Below are positions 32,248-35,973 of a DNA stretch of 35,973 bases, piece after piece (position 1 is the stretch's first letter; the number at the start of each line of letters is the position of its first letter). The notes beneath the pieces were generated by a model. It saw only the letters and a list, made by a program, of their open reading frames with translations, had not been told where the DNA came from and did not search any database. The stretch is taken from the NCBI GenBank assembly GCA_040357565.1, contig JBDODJ010000117.1; one strand, 5' to 3'. This DNA comes from Cercozoa sp. M6MM (Eukaryota > Protista > Endomyxa: Ascetosporea). A program made the position numbers and the translations under genes.

Positions 32248-32851
32248 TTTCTCGCTCCGCTGCTGCATGACAAGACAACATCCACATCTCGGTTTTTTTG
32301 GACACAACGAAAACAACGCGATTTGCAAACCTCTCTGCTTTTCAAGTACCTAAACAGGTCGATCGACGCGAGAACCCTCCCTGGGGGTGTAACAGTCCCG
32401 AGCAAGCGAGAGGCTACGATGTGAGCCGAGACAGGTACAAGGTACAAAGGGAATTCTGTTTTTTAACGCCATCCTGCTGGGTTTTTGACGCATCAGAATC
32501 AGATATCTATAGTTGACGTGTCTGAGTACAGTTTGTGCTTTAGCTCTTGCATCGGCTCTTGGCTCGGGTGATGGCGTCTGCTGTAGTTTTTTTCTAAATA
32601 CTCTTTTTATTCTCGCTCACAGCACTTGTGGTTATTCTAAGACAGAGTGCGGTGTGTGAGAGCCCTTTCCTTGTCTGTGTATTGCCTTTCAAGTGGTCTA
32701 AGGCACAAGTAGTGTGTGCTTGGGGTGAAGTTGTTTGAGTCGTTCCATCATTTTTCTCCAGAACCCCCCGTGTTTTTATTTTTTGCTTCGTTTCCCTTCT
32801 TTTTTGAGGAGCTTGTACTGCTCTTGTGCGCAGGATTCTGCCTCGTTTGTG

Positions 32852-35542
32852 ATGGTGGAACAAACGTCTTACCCGCTAGTGTCGGCAAAGGCGCAGCGAC
32901 TGGTAACTCGGCACACCGATGCATGTGCTTGTTGATGTGGTATTTGCAAACAGGCGGTCAAGGCGCGTTTGCACTTGCACACGGACCCAAAGGAGCAGGA
33001 GACATGGTTTGCACTGCCTGCGCAATGGTAGCCGTCTTCTTCAACGACAGGAAGTTAAAGCAGCAGAGCATTGGGGACTGGTGTGTAGGTACTCGCGTTG
33101 GAAGGAAGCCGTCGACTTTGAGGCCGAGGACGATCAGAGCGAGATTAAGCAGCTTGCTGAGCAGTTTGAGTTCGACTCTGACTCGTACCGCTCGCGTTTT
33201 TCTATGGTGGGAGAGGGTACTACCGATACACTGACAGGGACTCGGACTGGGATGACGACGCAGGCCAGGCCGACGACGAGGGTACGTGCTGCTGTTCGCC
33301 TTGACCCCTAACGTCAATCACCTTTGGGTTCTTGTGACAGTGTTTGAGCCGGTGGAGCTGCCGGCGATCGATCTGTCGTCAATCAGCGACGAGAAGTGCC
33401 GCTCCATGCTGCGAGCCGATGTGCAGGTACCCAAGTGGACATCCCAAGTGGACACCTCAAGTGGACACGCCAGTCGGGCTGAGTGTGTATGTGTGGGAGT
33501 ATCCGCGCGGATGTGACAGGAACTGGCCGACTACGTGCTGGTGCACTCGTCGGTGTGGCGACTGCTCAAGTCGTGGTACGGCGTCAAGAGCGGTCACAAG
33601 GAGATCTCGCGCAAGACGGCCAAGGTCGCCGGCGACGAGGTGCAGGTGCAGACGCGGCCCTTCTTCTTCTGTCTCAACTACCTCGACGAGGAGGGTAACT
33701 TCCTTGTTCTGCTTCAGCCCCCGATACCTTCGCTCTTTGCCTTGGGCACTGGCACCTTTCCCTTGCCCCTGACCCCCTTGATCCCTTCCCACAGGCCAGG
33801 TGGATGATGCACGGAGCAGCGAAACGATCTCATTCAATCCGGACGAGTCAGTCGGCGCTCTTGTGGAGCGGTACTTCCTTAGCTTCCTTGCCCCTCTTAT
33901 TCCCTTTACACCTCCGTCTAATAGAGTGCGTGCGCGTATGCAAACCATCCTCGGTCTCCAGGTAAGTACCCTTCTGTATCACCCCCCCCCCCCCCCGCAG
34001 TACGATGTACTTACCTTGGTTAGGCACACGACGTGTACGTACGACTGTGGGTGCGCCAGTCGCTCAACGGACGTAAGCGCGACTTCTTGTCGCATGAGGA
34101 GCAGCGTATCCTCCGCGCGGCTGTCAAGGTAGGCATAGTTATGGGGGGCGCCTCAGGGTCATTATGGCTGCATGCTTGTGTGGTGGCACAGGCACCGCCG
34201 GCCAAGAAGGGCACGCCCAAGAAGGACGTTGTCGTTGAGAAGGGCAGCTACGACTTCAAGCGGCCGCTGGACGAGCTGCTCGCCGAGATGGCCGGCAACA
34301 CCGAGGTTTTACCCCCGTCCTTGCCCGTTTACCCCCTTGCCCGTTTACCCCTGGACCCTTTAACCCCTCGCTCTGCAGTTGAAGGCGACCGAGGAGCCGT
34401 ACAGCGAGCACGACGATGCGCTCGTCGACACGCAGGTAACACAAGCACTCTCTGATTGCACATGTGACCACTCTGATCGCTCGTTTGATCTGACCTGATT
34501 TCATGTGTGACCACGTGTGTGTGTGTACTTGCAGAACGGTCAGTACGCGTTGCTGCCGCTGGAGCAGTCGCAGTTCGCCGAGCCGCTCGCTGCACTCAGT
34601 GGTACACTGTCCATACAGGGGGGAGGGGAGGTAGAGAGGGGCAAAACATGACACGGTGTGGCAGGCGTGTCGCCTATGCTGTACAACACCGTTCTTGTCG
34701 ACTGGTTCCGCGCGGACCGCTCGTCGTCCACTGAGGTAGTCAGTGTCTGCAACAAGACGTGTGTCTGGACAAGGTTGTTGCTGCAGAAGGGCAGCTACGG
34801 GCGTGTGTACACGCGACGCGACTGGCGCAGCGAACTGACGCGTCCGGGCGCTCATTTCGACGTGCTCGACAAGTACTGCAAGTGGTAGGCTGCTGCTGTG
34901 TCCGTGCTTACCCCCTTCTCTCTCTACTCCTCTCTACTCTTGCACCCCCGGACAGGTACGAGGCCGTGGTGACACCTGCAGGCGATGGTGTGCTGCGAGC
35001 GCACTTTATTGGCTGGTAGATTCCTTACCCCCTTTGCTTCCCCTTTGCCTCTCCCCCCCCGCTCACTATGGCTTGTACCAGGAGTGACAAGTTTAACGAA
35101 AAGGTCAAGGTGGACGACACTGTTCGCATCGTAATTCTCCCCGTATCCCCCCCCCCCCCCCCCGGGTGGGGGCGCCCCCCCCCCCGTGGTAATGAGCAGC
35201 GACCGGTGCACTCGCACACGCTGCACGAGCGTCGCAAGAAGCCGAAAACGAAGCCTGCGACGACGTCGACGACGTCTGCGACGGGCACGTCGGCCTACTC
35301 GGGTGCGTGATTTACCTAAAACACGCCCCTCCTACCGCCCCTATATTTTCTCTTTACCTTCACCTCCCAGCAGGTGCCGGTCGGTCGGCCTACTCGTACT
35401 ACGGCGGCAGCAGCTATGGTAAACCGCCCCCTTAATAGGCATGCTTATCCGTACCTTGTGTTTGGATTAGGTGGCTACGGATCGCGGTCGTACTACAATG
35501 ACCAGGAAGGCACGCCTGCCGAAAAGGGTAGCCCTGATGTAC

Positions 35543-35632
<90 letters not shown>

Positions 35633-35973
35633 GGGAGACTGTATGTGTATGTGTACAGGTGTGGTCGGACTGCGCAACCTGGGCAACACGTGCTTCATGA
35701 ACAGCACACTGCAGTGCCTGAGCAACACACCCGGCCTGGCACACTTCTTCTTCCGTGGCGACAAGGGTCTCTACTTGCGGTACCACCTACCTCTCCTCCC
35801 TACCCAGCCTCAACCTCTGCCCCTATCCTAACCCCTTGACAGTGACATCAATTCGGACAACCCGCTGGGACGCGGCGGCAAGGTGGCGCGTGCCTACGGC
35901 GATCTGATGCGACGCGCCTGGAGTGGCAAATACACGCTCTGCATTCCGCGAAAGGTGTTTACCCCCCCCCCCC
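32852..35973 (+). CDS. Ubiquitin-specific protease (USP4/11/15-like) with DUSP, UBL-like and Tudor/MBT-like domains; runs off the window end
   Basis: DUSP: [10 protein letters not shown]|YSRWKEAV...LPAIDLSSI...[18 protein letters not shown]; Cys box [31 protein letters not shown]; [28 protein letters not shown]. Confidence 0.9.
33431..33468. repeat. 3 x ~13-bp tandem repeat (caagtggaca core) in a USP intron
   Basis: ccaagtggacatc / ccaagtggacacc / tcaagtggacac. Confidence 0.85.
35546..35631. repeat. Intronic (CA)n microsatellite
   Basis: Directly visible. Confidence 0.95.

Overview
Gene-dense, extremely intron-rich eukaryotic (protist-like) nuclear DNA, not prokaryotic. Most long ORFs in the supplied track are artefacts of (CA)n/(TG)n/(TA)n/poly-C intronic microsatellites. 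Manual GT-AG splicing gives about 12 genes: (+) 3' part of a type-I membrane protein with a PPC-like domain; (+) GOST/LUSTR-family 7TM protein (GPR107/TMEM145/GPR180-like); (+) divergent PP2A scaffold A-like HEAT protein; (+) BRK-domain low-complexity protein ending in a TOS-like motif; (+) minimal EF-1beta; (-) stand-alone PHD/Zn-knuckle/ePHD (PZP) protein; (+) ornithine aminotransferase; (-) RBM34/Nop12; (+) mitochondrial uL11; (-) PH + RGS-like protein; (-) heterotrimeric G-protein alpha; (-) Derlin; (+) 5' part of a DUSP-UBL-Tudor/MBT-like USP deubiquitinase. Most notable: the G-alpha has lost both residues of the conserved P-loop Glu/alpha3 Arg latch (E43->G, R242->A, Galpha-i1 numbering) and sits directly upstream of a cryptic PH-RGS gene, a candidate receptor-independent G-protein switch. 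Also seen: a short SINE/LINE-like insertion with a 15-bp TSD, a two-copy ~150-bp dispersed repeat, an atypical GTAC-dominated 5' splice consensus, and a possible AG|GT recursive splice site. All gene models are hand-spliced and all family calls rest on motif recognition, not database searches.
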